Shown here: piece after piece, positions 10,027 to 19,642 of the stretch
Layout: the number at the start of each line of letters is the position of its first letter
How positions within the stretch are numbered: position 1 is the stretch's first letter
Assembly: GCA_044440125.1 (NCBI GenBank)
Contig: JBITAJ010000029.1
Span: forward strand, 96,001 to 160,000
From: Sedimentisphaeraceae bacterium JB056
GTDB taxonomy: Bacteria > Planctomycetota > Phycisphaerae > Sedimentisphaerales > Sedimentisphaeraceae
Direction: 5' to 3'
Length of the DNA stretch: 64,000 nucleotides
Position numbers and translations under genes: made by a program
Notes under the pieces: generated by a model
The model's database searches: none
What the model was told of the DNA's origin: nothing
Seen by the model: only the letters and a program-made list of their open reading frames with translations

Positions 10027-11325
10027 ATGTCTGGGACTAAGCACAAAATAATAATAGGTGATAGTAGAAATATGGCTGAACTGAATGAGAAGTCAGTTCA
10101 GTTGATTGTAACTTCTCCACCTTATTGGCAGCTTAAAGATTATGGTAATACCAAGCAAATTGGTTTTGATGATAGTTATGAAGACTACGTTAATAATCTT
10201 AATATTGTCTGGAATGAATGCTATAGAGTGTTAGAAAATGGTTGTCGTCTATGTATAAATATTGGTGACCAATTTGCACGCTCTGTCTATTATGGCCGAT
10301 ATAAAATAATTCCTATTCGAACAGAAATAATCCGTTTTTGTGAAACAATAGGTTTTGATTATATGGGGGCTGTTATTTGGCAAAAGGTTACGACTTGTAA
10401 CACAACTGGTGGCGGAGCTGTCATGGGTTCTTTTCCTAATCCCAGAAATGGTATATTAAAGCTTGATTATGAGTTCATACTTCTATTCAAGAAAGGTGGA
10501 AAGCCAAGAGTAATACCCAAAGAGATAAAACAGAAATCCAGCATGACAAAAGAAGAGTGGAATGAGTATTTCACTGGACATTGGAATTTTTCAGGTGAAC
10601 GTCAGAATGGTCATTTGGCTATGTTTCCAGAAGAACTTCCGAAAAGATTAATCAAAATGTTCAGTTTTGTCGGCGAAACGGTACTTGATCCTTTTATGGG
10701 TAGCGGGACAACTGCGCTTGCAGCTCGAAATCAAGGGAGAAATTCTGTTGGATATGAAATAAATGAGGAATTTATTCCATTGATTGAGAAACGTAGCGGA
10801 TTTTGTGAGCAAGGTCTCTTTAGGGAAGACAGTATTGAATTTACAAAACAGAAAAGCGAAATTGATATATCAAATTCTTTATCATTTTTACCTTATTTAT
10901 TTGAAGATAAAGTGAAATTTGATAAAAAGATAGATCCTCGAAAAATGGATTATGGTAGCAAGGTTAGCAAAAAATCTACAGGCAAAAGAAATGATCTGAA
11001 AAGAGTTACAGAAATAATTTCACCTAATAAATTGATGCTTGATGATGGAGTTAAAGTTAAACTTATAGGTGTAGCTCCAATTGCTGAAAAAGAGTATGAG
11101 GCAATATCGTATTTGAAGGATAAAATTGGTCGGCAGAGAGTTTTTCTGAAGTTTGACAATCAGAAATATGATGCAGAAGGCAATCTTTTGTGTTATCTGT
11201 ATTTACAAAATAAAACTTTCGTCAATGCGCATTTGATAAAAGATAAAATGGCGGCTCCTGTTACAAATCAGGAATATTCTTGTAAGAGAAGATTTGAAAA
11301 ATATATGGAGATGGCAAATGCCTGA
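10027..11325 (+). CDS. Beta-class (N4-C/N6-A) DNA methyltransferase with C-terminal SNase/thermonuclease-like domain
   Basis: Motif IV TSPPY near the N-terminus, HLAMFPEEL, motif I DPFMGSGTT; C-terminal KVKLIGV..EAISYL..KYDAEGNLLCYLYL..FVNAHLIK resembles SNase. Confidence 0.88.
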   Translation: MSGTKHKIIIGDSRNMAELNEKSVQLIVTSPPYWQLKDYGNTKQIGFDDSYEDYVNNLNIVWNECYRVLENGCRLCINIGDQFARSVYYGRYKIIPIRTEIIRFCETIGFDYMGAVIWQKVTTCNTTGGGAVMGSFPNPRNGILKLDYEFILLFKKGGKPRVIPKEIKQKSSMTKEEWNEYFTGHWNFSGERQNGHLAMFPEELPKRLIKMFSFVGETVLDPFMGSGTTALAARNQGRNSVGYEINEEFIPLIEKRSGFCEQGLFREDSIEFTKQKSEIDISNSLSFLPYLFEDKVKFDKKIDPRKMDYGSKVSKKSTGKRNDLKRVTEIISPNKLMLDDGVKVKLIGVAPIAEKEYEAISYLKDKIGRQRVFLKFDNQKYDAEGNLLCYLYLQNKTFVNAHLIKDKMAAPVTNQEYSCKRRFEKYMEMANA

Positions 11326-12028
11326 GAGTTGGGTTAGAGAAATTGAAGGTTGCAATAAAAAGTATTTCAGGGAAACTTTACTGAATTATGCAGCCAATAG
11401 ATGGGGGCTAAATAAAGCAAGTAGCGTTGGGCCAACTTCTGAACTTATCAGGAATTGCAGTCCGCGCGAGTTTGAACAGTGGAAAGAGTATTATTTCAAT
11501 AACGCAAAGCAAAAGAAAAAAAATGGTATTGAAATAACACCCGAATATTTGAATGATTTGGGTGGTAGATTATATACTAAATTATCAGAAGTTGTCAGTT
11601 GCGAATTAGCACAGATTACAGAAAAAGAATGTATTGATTATATTTACAATCTTGTCTTAAATCGTACCTATGAAGGTTACATGTCAGAAGTTGATACCAT
11701 ATATGGTCAGTTGCAGGATATGCTGGGTATTCAGATAAGTCCTGCTCCCGATGAATGGGATAGACGCTACAATATAGATTTTTATATTGAAGTGGGAGAT
11801 AAATTTATCGGTTTGCAAATCAAGCCTATAACCGGCAGGTCTCTAAATGATTATCAATGGGAGCAAATGCATGAAAATAATCACAGGAGATTTATAGATG
11901 AGTTTGGAGGTAAAGTATTCTTCGTGTATTCTGTTAAAGGTACTGGTAAGAAGAAAAAGATTGATAACCCAGAAATTATTGATGAAATAATAGCAGAAAT
12001 TGAACGGTTACGAATAGAGAATCCGTGA
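11318..12028 (+). CDS. Type II restriction endonuclease, MjaI-family-like
   Basis: Overlaps the MTase stop by 8 nt; VGPTSELIR, WKEYY, APDEWDRRYNIDFYI..IGLQIKP (PD-QxK-type). Confidence 0.75.
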   Translation: MPESWVREIEGCNKKYFRETLLNYAANRWGLNKASSVGPTSELIRNCSPREFEQWKEYYFNNAKQKKKNGIEITPEYLNDLGGRLYTKLSEVVSCELAQITEKECIDYIYNLVLNRTYEGYMSEVDTIYGQLQDMLGIQISPAPDEWDRRYNIDFYIEVGDKFIGLQIKPITGRSLNDYQWEQMHENNHRRFIDEFGGKVFFVYSVKGTGKKKKIDNPEIIDEIIAEIERLRIENP

Positions 12029-12063
12029 AAGTTTAATGATATTTAATGATGAGTTTTAATATA

Positions 12064-14922
12064 ATGGCAAAAGAATTATCTACTACATATACGCCTTCTG
12101 AGATTGAAGAGTTGGCGAGTACGATTTGGAACGAGGGGAATTATTTTCACGCTGAGCCCCCTTCAAATGGCGGCAAAGACAGCGATGCATATACTATCGT
12201 GATTCCTCCTCCAAACGTTACCGGTATGCTTCATATGGGGCATGCGCTCAATAATACGCTTCAGGATATCATGATTCGTTTCAAGCGTATGCAGGGGTTC
12301 AATACATTATGGATGCCGGGTACCGACCATGCAGGCATAGCGACCCAAAGTGTTGTAGAAAAACGACTTAACTCTGAGCAGGGTAAAACCCGTCACGATG
12401 TTGGCCGTGATGCTTTGGTTCAGATGATTTGGGACTGGAAAGAAGAGTACGGCAATACAATACTTGAGCAGCTTAAAGGTATCGGTGCAAGCTGCGACTG
12501 GGCGAGAACACGTTTTACTCTTGATGAAACCTGTGCGAGAGCTGTTCGCAAGACATTCTATAAGATGTTTAATGACAGGCTGATATATAAAGGCAAGCGT
12601 CTTGTTAACTGGGATCCTGCTTTGCAGACGGCTGTTGCAGATGATGAAGTTGTACATAAATCGGTAGCCGGTAATTTTTACTATATAAATTATCCGATGG
12701 CTGATGGCAGCGGCGTAATTACTGTCGCAACCACCCGCCCTGAGACGATGCTTGGTGATACGGCGGTTGCTATCAATCCTAAGGACGACAGGGCTTCTGA
12801 GCTGCTTGGAAAGATGCTAATACTTCCGCTCACAGACCGTCAGATTCCTATTATTGCCGATGATCATGTAAAACGCGGCGAAGGAACCGGCTGTCTCAAG
12901 GTTACTCCTGCTCACGACCCTAACGACTATGAAATCGGTCTTCGCCATAATCTCGAGCAGATAAACATACTTACTGCTGACGGCAAGATCAATGAAAATG
13001 GCGGGCAGTTTGCAGGAATGGATCGTTTTGCCGCAAGAAAGGCGGTAGTAGCGGCCCTTAAAGAGCAGCAACTGCTTATCAAGATAGAGCCTAAAGATCA
13101 GGAAGTTGGCCATAGTGACAGAAGTGGTGCGGTAATCGAGCCGTATCTTTCGGATCAGTGGTTTGTAAGCGTAAAACCGCTTGCTAAGAATGCCATAAAA
13201 GCGGTAGTTGACGGTGAGGTGAAATTCCACCCGCAAAGATACGAAAAGAGCTATCTTGACTGGCTTGAGGGTATCAGGGATTGGTGTATTAGCCGACAGT
13301 TGTGGTGGGGACACAGAATTCCTATCTGGTCAGCGGAGATTGAAGCGGAATATAATGACGGCGAGATTACTGATGAGATAAATGCGAAAATCGAGGACAT
13401 GCTCGGTTCAAGCTGGAAAATATTCAATGAACTCTGTGGCGATGAAGCTGCTGTTCAGGTCTCAGAGGTAGAGGATGAGCCGAATAAGGTTCGTGTTGAT
13501 ATATGTGTTGCAACTGAGAATGATGATATTGAGTCAAGGCTTGAAGAAGCCGGTTTTGCACGCGATGAAAATGTACTCGACACATGGTTCAGTTCGGCAT
13601 TATGGCCGTTCAGTACTCTTGGCTGGCCTGAAGAGACAGAAGAACTCAAATTCTACTATCCGACGAGCCTGCTTGTTACCTCGCGTGATATCATAACGCT
13701 GTGGGTCTCAAGAATGGTTATGCTTGGAATTTACAATATCGGTAAGATACCGTTCTCAGATGTATTCATTCATGGCAAGATTCTTGACGGCAACGGCGAG
13801 ACCATGAGTAAGAGCAAGGGCAATGGAATTGATCCGCTTGCGATAATCGATACTTATGGAGCTGACGCTATGCGTTTCTGTATGGCTCAGATGACTACTG
13901 AGAGTCAGGATATGCGTTTGCCTGTTACAAAAGATGAGAGCGGCAGGAATATAAGTGAGAAGTTTGATATTGGACGTAACTTCTGTAATAAGCTTTGGAA
14001 TGCCACAAGGTTTGCGATGCTCAATCTTGAGGGTATCAATTATGATGCTTTTGATGCAGATAAGCTTGATATTACCGATAAATGGATACTTTCAAGGCTT
14101 GAGTATGCGGTGACGGATGTTACTGATATGCTTGATGAGTTCAAATACAACGAGCCTATAACCTGCATATATCGCTTCTTCTGGAATGATCTTTGTGATT
14201 GGTATCTTGAATGGGCTAAGCCGAGATTTAAAGATGAATCTCAGCGTGCAACCGCTCAGAACGTGCTTGCCTTTGTTCTCGATCAGTGTTTGAGGATAAT
14301 GCATCCGTTCATGCCGTTTATTACTGAAGGGCTTTTCCAGTCTCTTAACGAGATGGCTCCAAAGAGAGGTCTTAAGGGGATTGTAGATGCTGAGAGTTCA
14401 GATGCACTGATAATGGCAAAATGGCCGGCGAAAGAGCTTGAGCAATTCCGCAATCCTGATGTTGAGGAAGATATCATTGAGCTTCAGGCCATAATCAAGA
14501 GTATCCGTGAGATACGAAGCCAGTACAATGTAGCTCCGAGCCTGAAACTCAAGGGTGCAACGTCTGCACAAGGTGATATGGGTGAGCTTTTCAAAGAAAA
14601 TGAACACCTTATTAAGCAGTTGGCAGGTCTTGAGGAGTTTGTTGTTGATGCTAATGTCGAACGCGGCAAAGCGACAGCGTCAAGCGTTCTTGGTGAATTT
14701 GAAGTATTTGTCCATGATGTGATTGATGCTGAGGCTGAGAAAAAACGTCTTGAGAAGCAGAAAGAAACGCTTATTAAAGGTATTAAGCCTATTGAAGGCA
14801 AGCTTGCTAACGAAAACTTCGTTACAAGAGCAAAACCTGAGGTCGTTGAGTCTTCACGTCAGCGTTTGGCAGAACTTAAAGAGCAGCTTGCGGCAGTTGA
14901 AAAACTGATTGAAGAGCTTTAA
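12064..14922 (+). CDS. valS: Valine--tRNA ligase
   Basis: PPPNVTGMLHMGHA, DWCISRQLWWGH, TMSKS, C-terminal coiled coil. Confidence 0.98.
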   Translation: MAKELSTTYTPSEIEELASTIWNEGNYFHAEPPSNGGKDSDAYTIVIPPPNVTGMLHMGHALNNTLQDIMIRFKRMQGFNTLWMPGTDHAGIATQSVVEKRLNSEQGKTRHDVGRDALVQMIWDWKEEYGNTILEQLKGIGASCDWARTRFTLDETCARAVRKTFYKMFNDRLIYKGKRLVNWDPALQTAVADDEVVHKSVAGNFYYINYPMADGSGVITVATTRPETMLGDTAVAINPKDDRASELLGKMLILPLTDRQIPIIADDHVKRGEGTGCLKVTPAHDPNDYEIGLRHNLEQINILTADGKINENGGQFAGMDRFAARKAVVAALKEQQLLIKIEPKDQEVGHSDRSGAVIEPYLSDQWFVSVKPLAKNAIKAVVDGEVKFHPQRYEKSYLDWLEGIRDWCISRQLWWGHRIPIWSAEIEAEYNDGEITDEINAKIEDMLGSSWKIFNELCGDEAAVQVSEVEDEPNKVRVDICVATENDDIESRLEEAGFARDENVLDTWFSSALWPFSTLGWPEETEELKFYYPTSLLVTSRDIITLWVSRMVMLGIYNIGKIPFSDVFIHGKILDGNGETMSKSKGNGIDPLAIIDTYGADAMRFCMAQMTTESQDMRLPVTKDESGRNISEKFDIGRNFCNKLWNATRFAMLNLEGINYDAFDADKLDITDKWILSRLEYAVTDVTDMLDEFKYNEPITCIYRFFWNDLCDWYLEWAKPRFKDESQRATAQNVLAFVLDQCLRIMHPFMPFITEGLFQSLNEMAPKRGLKGIVDAESSDALIMAKWPAKELEQFRNPDVEEDIIELQAIIKSIREIRSQYNVAPSLKLKGATSAQGDMGELFKENEHLIKQLAGLEEFVVDANVERGKATASSVLGEFEVFVHDVIDAEAEKKRLEKQKETLIKGIKPIEGKLANENFVTRAKPEVVESSRQRLAELKEQLAAVEKLIEEL

Positions 14923-14938
14923 GATATTCGTGATTTTC

Positions 14939-14966
14939 GGGGCTGATAGTTCTCAGCCCCTTTAAT
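14939..14966 (+). terminator. Hairpin/terminator after valS
   Basis: GGGGCTGA-tagttc-TCAGCCCC followed by T-rich sequence. Confidence 0.55.
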
Positions 14967-14984
14967 TTTAAGAGGTATGTTCGG

Positions 14985-15605
14985 GTGTTATCAAGACCTG
15001 TAATAGGTGTAATGGGCGGGATTTGTTCCGGCAAAAGTTTGGTGTCATCTATCTTTGGAGAGTTTGGTTTCGTTGTTATTGATGCCGACAAGATAGTGAG
15101 CGAACTTTATAATGACAGGCAGTTTGTGGAGCGGCAGCTCGTGCCTGTATTCGGTGAGAAGGTGGCAGATGAAAATAAACAAGTGAACCGTGAGTTCCTT
15201 TCTGACGTAGTATTCGATGACAAGGAAAAACTTGGTCGCTTAAATAGTATTGTCCATCCCGTTGTATTAGATAGGATAAAGGAGCTTTTGTCTGTCTACA
15301 GGGATAGTGATCACGTAAGAGGAGTGATTCTTGACGTTCCCTTATTGCTTGAAACCGGTCTTGATAAGGATTGTGATGTGCTTCTGTTCGTAGAAACAGA
15401 TGAGGCCCTCAGAAGGCAAAGAGCGATGAAAAGAAGCGGAATTTCGCAAAAAGAGCTGGAAAAACGTCAAAAATCACAGATTTTTCTGGACAAAAAGAAA
15501 AATATTGCTAATTATACAGTATACAACAACACAGAGACGTCTGTCTTGAGAGTGCAGGTTGCTGATGTCATCTCTGATATTAACCATAAATTTAGTGGTG
15601 AATAA
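14985..15605 (+). CDS. coaE: Dephospho-CoA kinase
   Basis: IGVMGGICSGKS P-loop, IDAD, LNSIVHP, DVPLLLE. Confidence 0.93.
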   Translation: MLSRPVIGVMGGICSGKSLVSSIFGEFGFVVIDADKIVSELYNDRQFVERQLVPVFGEKVADENKQVNREFLSDVVFDDKEKLGRLNSIVHPVVLDRIKELLSVYRDSDHVRGVILDVPLLLETGLDKDCDVLLFVETDEALRRQRAMKRSGISQKELEKRQKSQIFLDKKKNIANYTVYNNTETSVLRVQVADVISDINHKFSGE

Positions 15606-15794
15606 TCCGTGATTCCCTCAAAATCCAGCTTAGTCGGCGTCGTAAATCGTTGTCAATCCTGATTTATCCATAATTTATTGACCGGGATTTGAAGGTTGCG
15701 AATTCTGAAGGTGTACTTCGAGTTTGTGGTACTCTAATAATAAACAAAAACAACAATAAAAAGTCACATTTTATTTTACAAAATAGGAGTGATG

Positions 15795-17723
15795 ATGACT
15801 GATGAATCTACAGTTAATCCGGTAGAAGATAATGAAATAACCAATGAAGCTGAAGAAAAAAAGGCTCCTGCGGTTAAAAAAACAACAAAACGTAAAACAA
15901 CAAGAAAAAAGGCCACTGCCAAAAAGAGTCTTTTTGGAGAGGACGAAAATTCTGCTTCTTCGAACGGTGACGAAGGTTCTGAACCTAAAACTGCTGTAAA
16001 GAAAAAGGCAGTCAAGAAAACTACCCGCAAGAAAACAACTAAGAAAAAGACTGCGGTCAAGGAGCAGGTTGAGTCATCAGATAAAGATCAAAATGTATCT
16101 GAATCTGTAGGGGAGGTTGAAGAGATGAAGCAAGAAAAGGCCAGTGTTAAGCCTGAATCAGAAGCTTCTGAACCAAAAGAGCCGGAGCAGGTAAAAGAGA
16201 CTCCGGTTGTAAAGCAAGAGGCTTCAGAAGAGTCAGGCAGTGATCGTGACAGTAACCAGAGACCTGAACGTAACTCCGGCCATAGAGATCAGCGAGATGA
16301 CAGGCCCCAGAGAAACAATCAGGATCGCCATAATAACAACAACAGAAAATGGCAGCCCAAACAGGGCGGTAAGAAACGTCACAACAATAACAGAAAAAAT
16401 GGGCCTGGCGGTGAAAAGCAGGAATCTATGCACGATAGGTATGAGCGTGTTAAAAAAGGCAAACTATACCTGACAGAGTTCCAAAACTGTTCTGTTAAAG
16501 AGCTTCATCAGATAGCAAAAGAAGAAGGCGTTGTTGATTATGTAGGTCTTGCAAAGCAAAATCTGATTTTCAAAATCCTTAAAAAACGAATAACCGAAAG
16601 CGGCCTTTATTATGGCGAAGGTGTTCTGGAAGTATTGCCTGACGGCTTTGGTTTCCTGCGTAACCCTCGTTATAACTATCTTTCAAGCCCTGATGATATC
16701 TATGTTTCTCCTTCTCAGATAAGACGTTTTGGTCTTAAGAGTGGTAACATTGTGCAGGGACAGATCAGGCCGCCAAAGGATAACGAGAAATATTTCGCTC
16801 TGCTTAAGGTAGAGGCTATTAATTTCAGGCCTCCTGAGAACTTGCAGGAGCAGGTTGTATTCCGCGACCTCACACCGCTGCATCCAGAGGAAAGATTTAT
16901 CCTTGAGACAGATAAGGATGAGGTAAGTACGAGAATAATAGATCTGACAACACCTGTAGGTAAGGGTCAGCGTGGACTTATTGTGGCTCCTCCGAGAACA
17001 GGTAAGACAGTTCTTCTCCAGAAGCTTACAAACGCTATCTCTGAGAATTATCCTGATGTAAGAATGATAGTTCTGCTTATTGATGAGCGTCCTGAAGAGG
17101 TTACGGACTTTAAACGCAAAGTTAAAGACGATGTAGAGGTTATCAGCTCTACTTTTGATGAGCCGACCGCAAGACACTGCCAGGTAGCCGAGATGGTTAT
17201 CGAGAAGGCAAAGCGTATGGTTGAGTTTGGTGAGGATGTAGTTATCCTTCTTGACTCTATAACCCGCCTTGCACGTGCCTACAACACAGAGATGCCTCAC
17301 AGTGGTAAGATTCTTACCGGTGGTGTCGATGCTAACGCTATGCAGATGCCTAAGCGTTTCTTCGGTGCGGCACGTAACATTGAAGAGGGCGGTTCGCTTT
17401 CTATCTTTGCTACAGCTCTTGTTGATACCGGTTCGAAGATGGACGATGTTATCTTTGAGGAATTCAAGGCGACAGGTAACATGGAGCTTCACCTCAATCG
17501 CAAGCTTGTTGAAAAACGTATTTATCCTGCTATTGATATCAGTCGAAGCGGTACAAGAAGAGAAGAGCTGCTGCTTGATCCTAAGGAAATGGAATTGAGT
17601 TACAGACTTCGCAAGGTATTAAGTGAGATGAGCATTACCGAGTCGGTAGAACTGCTCAAAAACCGTCTGTCTAAGACAAACAGCAATGCTGAATTCCTCA
17701 TGAGCATGTCTCGCGGGTTGTAA
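15795..17723 (+). CDS. rho: Transcription termination factor Rho with long N-terminal low-complexity extension
   Basis: [52 protein letters not shown] (start could also be 15789 or 15792). Confidence 0.97.
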   Translation: MTDESTVNPVEDNEITNEAEEKKAPAVKKTTKRKTTRKKATAKKSLFGEDENSASSNGDEGSEPKTAVKKKAVKKTTRKKTTKKKTAVKEQVESSDKDQNVSESVGEVEEMKQEKASVKPESEASEPKEPEQVKETPVVKQEASEESGSDRDSNQRPERNSGHRDQRDDRPQRNNQDRHNNNNRKWQPKQGGKKRHNNNRKNGPGGEKQESMHDRYERVKKGKLYLTEFQNCSVKELHQIAKEEGVVDYVGLAKQNLIFKILKKRITESGLYYGEGVLEVLPDGFGFLRNPRYNYLSSPDDIYVSPSQIRRFGLKSGNIVQGQIRPPKDNEKYFALLKVEAINFRPPENLQEQVVFRDLTPLHPEERFILETDKDEVSTRIIDLTTPVGKGQRGLIVAPPRTGKTVLLQKLTNAISENYPDVRMIVLLIDERPEEVTDFKRKVKDDVEVISSTFDEPTARHCQVAEMVIEKAKRMVEFGEDVVILLDSITRLARAYNTEMPHSGKILTGGVDANAMQMPKRFFGAARNIEEGGSLSIFATALVDTGSKMDDVIFEEFKATGNMELHLNRKLVEKRIYPAIDISRSGTRREELLLDPKEMELSYRLRKVLSEMSITESVELLKNRLSKTNSNAEFLMSMSRGL

Positions 17724-17773
17724 TTGCTGAAGGTTAGTGAAAGTTGTAATTGGGAAATAAATAAGGAAATTTT

Positions 17774-19576
17774 ATGCTTAAGAGAACACATAAATGCGGC
17801 GATCTTCGCATTGATGATGTAAATAAAGAAGTTGTAGTTAATGGTTGGGTGAATTCCTACCGCGACCATGGAAATCTTGTATTTGTTGATCTTCGTGACA
17901 GGTTTGGACTTGTTCAACTTGTATTCAACCCAGATCAGAATCCTGAAATGCACGAGAAGGCTCGTCATCTCAGATGTGAGTGGGTTATTGGCGTTCGCGG
18001 CAAGGTTAACAAGAGAGGCGAAGGCCTTGAGAATCCGAAAATTGCTACCGGTCAGATTGAGATTATAGTTGATGAGCTTGAAATATTCAGCGAAGCTAAG
18101 ACTCCGCCGTTCGAGCTTGATTCAGCAGATAAGGTTGGCGAGGATACTCGTCTTATACACCGTTATCTTGATCTTCGCAGACCAGCTATGCAGAACAAGC
18201 TTATCGTGCGTCATAAGATAGCCAAGCTTGTACGTGATTACCTCGATACTAATGGCTTTCTTGAGATTGAAACTCCTATGCTCGGTAAAAGCACACCTGA
18301 GGGAGCGAGAGACTTCCTCGTGCCAAGCAGATTGTGCGAAGGTACATTCTATGCGTTGCCGCAGTCACCGCAGCTTTTCAAGCAGATACTCATGGTTAGC
18401 GGTATGGATAAGTATTTCCAGATTGTACGCTGCTTCCGTGATGAGGATCCAAGAGCCGATCGTCAGGCAGAGTTTACTCAGATTGATATCGAGATGAGCT
18501 ATGTTGACAGCGACGATGTGATTGCTGTTAACGAAGGTATGATTGCTGCTATCTGGAAAGAGATAGCCGGTTATGATTTGCAGCTTCCCGTGCAGCGAAT
18601 GACATACAAAGACGCTGTTGATAATTATGGTATCGACAGACCTGACCTTCGTTTTGATATGAAGCTCAAGGACATTTCAGATATTGCCGGTGCGAGTACT
18701 TTCAAGGTATTCAGCTCTACAGTCTCAAATGGCGGAATCGTTAAGGGATTGTGTGCTCCGGGAGCGGCTACATATTCAAGAAGTGATATCGAAAAGACGT
18801 TGACTGAATATGTCGGCGGCTACGGTGCTAAAGGACTTGCATGGTTCAAGGTTGCGGCTAATGAAGACGGCAACGGTATTGACCTTAAGTCTAACATTGC
18901 TAAGTTCTTTACGGATGAGCAGAGACAGGAAATTATCAGCCGCTTTGATGCCAAAGACGGCGATCTTCTGTTGTTCGTTGCTGATAAAGAGGCTACAGTT
19001 AACAAGGCTCTTGCTCCGCTTCGTGTTAAGCTTGGTAAGGATCTTGGTCTTTATGAAGATAATGCACTCGCATTTGTGTGGGTGGTCGACTTCCCGATGT
19101 TCGAGTGGGACGAAGATGCTAAGAGATGGACATCTCTTCACCATCCGTTTACTGCTCCTATTGAAGAGGATGCCGATAAGCTTGATACTGATCCGGGCAA
19201 CGTACGTTCACAGGCTTACGACCTTGTTTGTAACGGCTCGGAAGTTGGCGGCGGAAGCGTTCGTATCCATGATACTGAAATGCAGAAGAAGGTATTCAAA
19301 CTTCTCAATATTACTGATGAGCAGGCGAATGTGCAGTTTGGATTCTTCCTCAAGGCACTCCAGTATGGTACTCCACCTCATGGCGGTATTGCTTTCGGTC
19401 TCGACAGGCTTACAATGATTCTTACCGGTACAGACAATATCAGAGACGTTATTGCCTTCCCGAAAACTCAGCGTGGACAGTGTCTGATGACAGAAGCACC
19501 AAGTGCGGTTGATGACAAGCAGCTTGATGAACTGAATATCAAGACAGTTGCAGTTGATGATATCGAAATCGACTGA
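17774..19576 (+). CDS. aspS: Aspartate--tRNA ligase (probably non-discriminating Asp/Asn)
   Basis: RDHG, STPEGARDF, PQSPQLFKQ, FRDEDPRADRQAEF, PPHGGIAFGLDR. Confidence 0.97.
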   Translation: MLKRTHKCGDLRIDDVNKEVVVNGWVNSYRDHGNLVFVDLRDRFGLVQLVFNPDQNPEMHEKARHLRCEWVIGVRGKVNKRGEGLENPKIATGQIEIIVDELEIFSEAKTPPFELDSADKVGEDTRLIHRYLDLRRPAMQNKLIVRHKIAKLVRDYLDTNGFLEIETPMLGKSTPEGARDFLVPSRLCEGTFYALPQSPQLFKQILMVSGMDKYFQIVRCFRDEDPRADRQAEFTQIDIEMSYVDSDDVIAVNEGMIAAIWKEIAGYDLQLPVQRMTYKDAVDNYGIDRPDLRFDMKLKDISDIAGASTFKVFSSTVSNGGIVKGLCAPGAATYSRSDIEKTLTEYVGGYGAKGLAWFKVAANEDGNGIDLKSNIAKFFTDEQRQEIISRFDAKDGDLLLFVADKEATVNKALAPLRVKLGKDLGLYEDNALAFVWVVDFPMFEWDEDAKRWTSLHHPFTAPIEEDADKLDTDPGNVRSQAYDLVCNGSEVGGGSVRIHDTEMQKKVFKLLNITDEQANVQFGFFLKALQYGTPPHGGIAFGLDRLTMILTGTDNIRDVIAFPKTQRGQCLMTEAPSAVDDKQLDELNIKTVAVDDIEID

Positions 19577-19601
19577 TGATTGACGCGAAATAATTAAATA
19601 C

Positions 19602-19639
19602 AAAGCGGCGTGTAACAATTGTTATACGCTGCTTTTTTT
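19602..19639 (+). terminator. Intrinsic terminator between convergent aspS and the U32 gene
   Basis: AAAGCGGCGTGTAAC-aatt-GTTATACGCTGCTTT followed by a T-tract. Confidence 0.8.
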
Positions 19640-19642
19640 ATA

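Noticed and set aside
10021..12062. TTTAATAT at both R-M junctions as a target-site duplication
   Set aside because: An 8-nt all-A/T match in AT-rich DNA is likely chance; no terminal repeats
16683..17492. Long antisense ORFs in rho (and similar ones in alaS, secY, ppiB, rplB)
   Set aside because: Shadow frames of highly conserved, codon-biased genes
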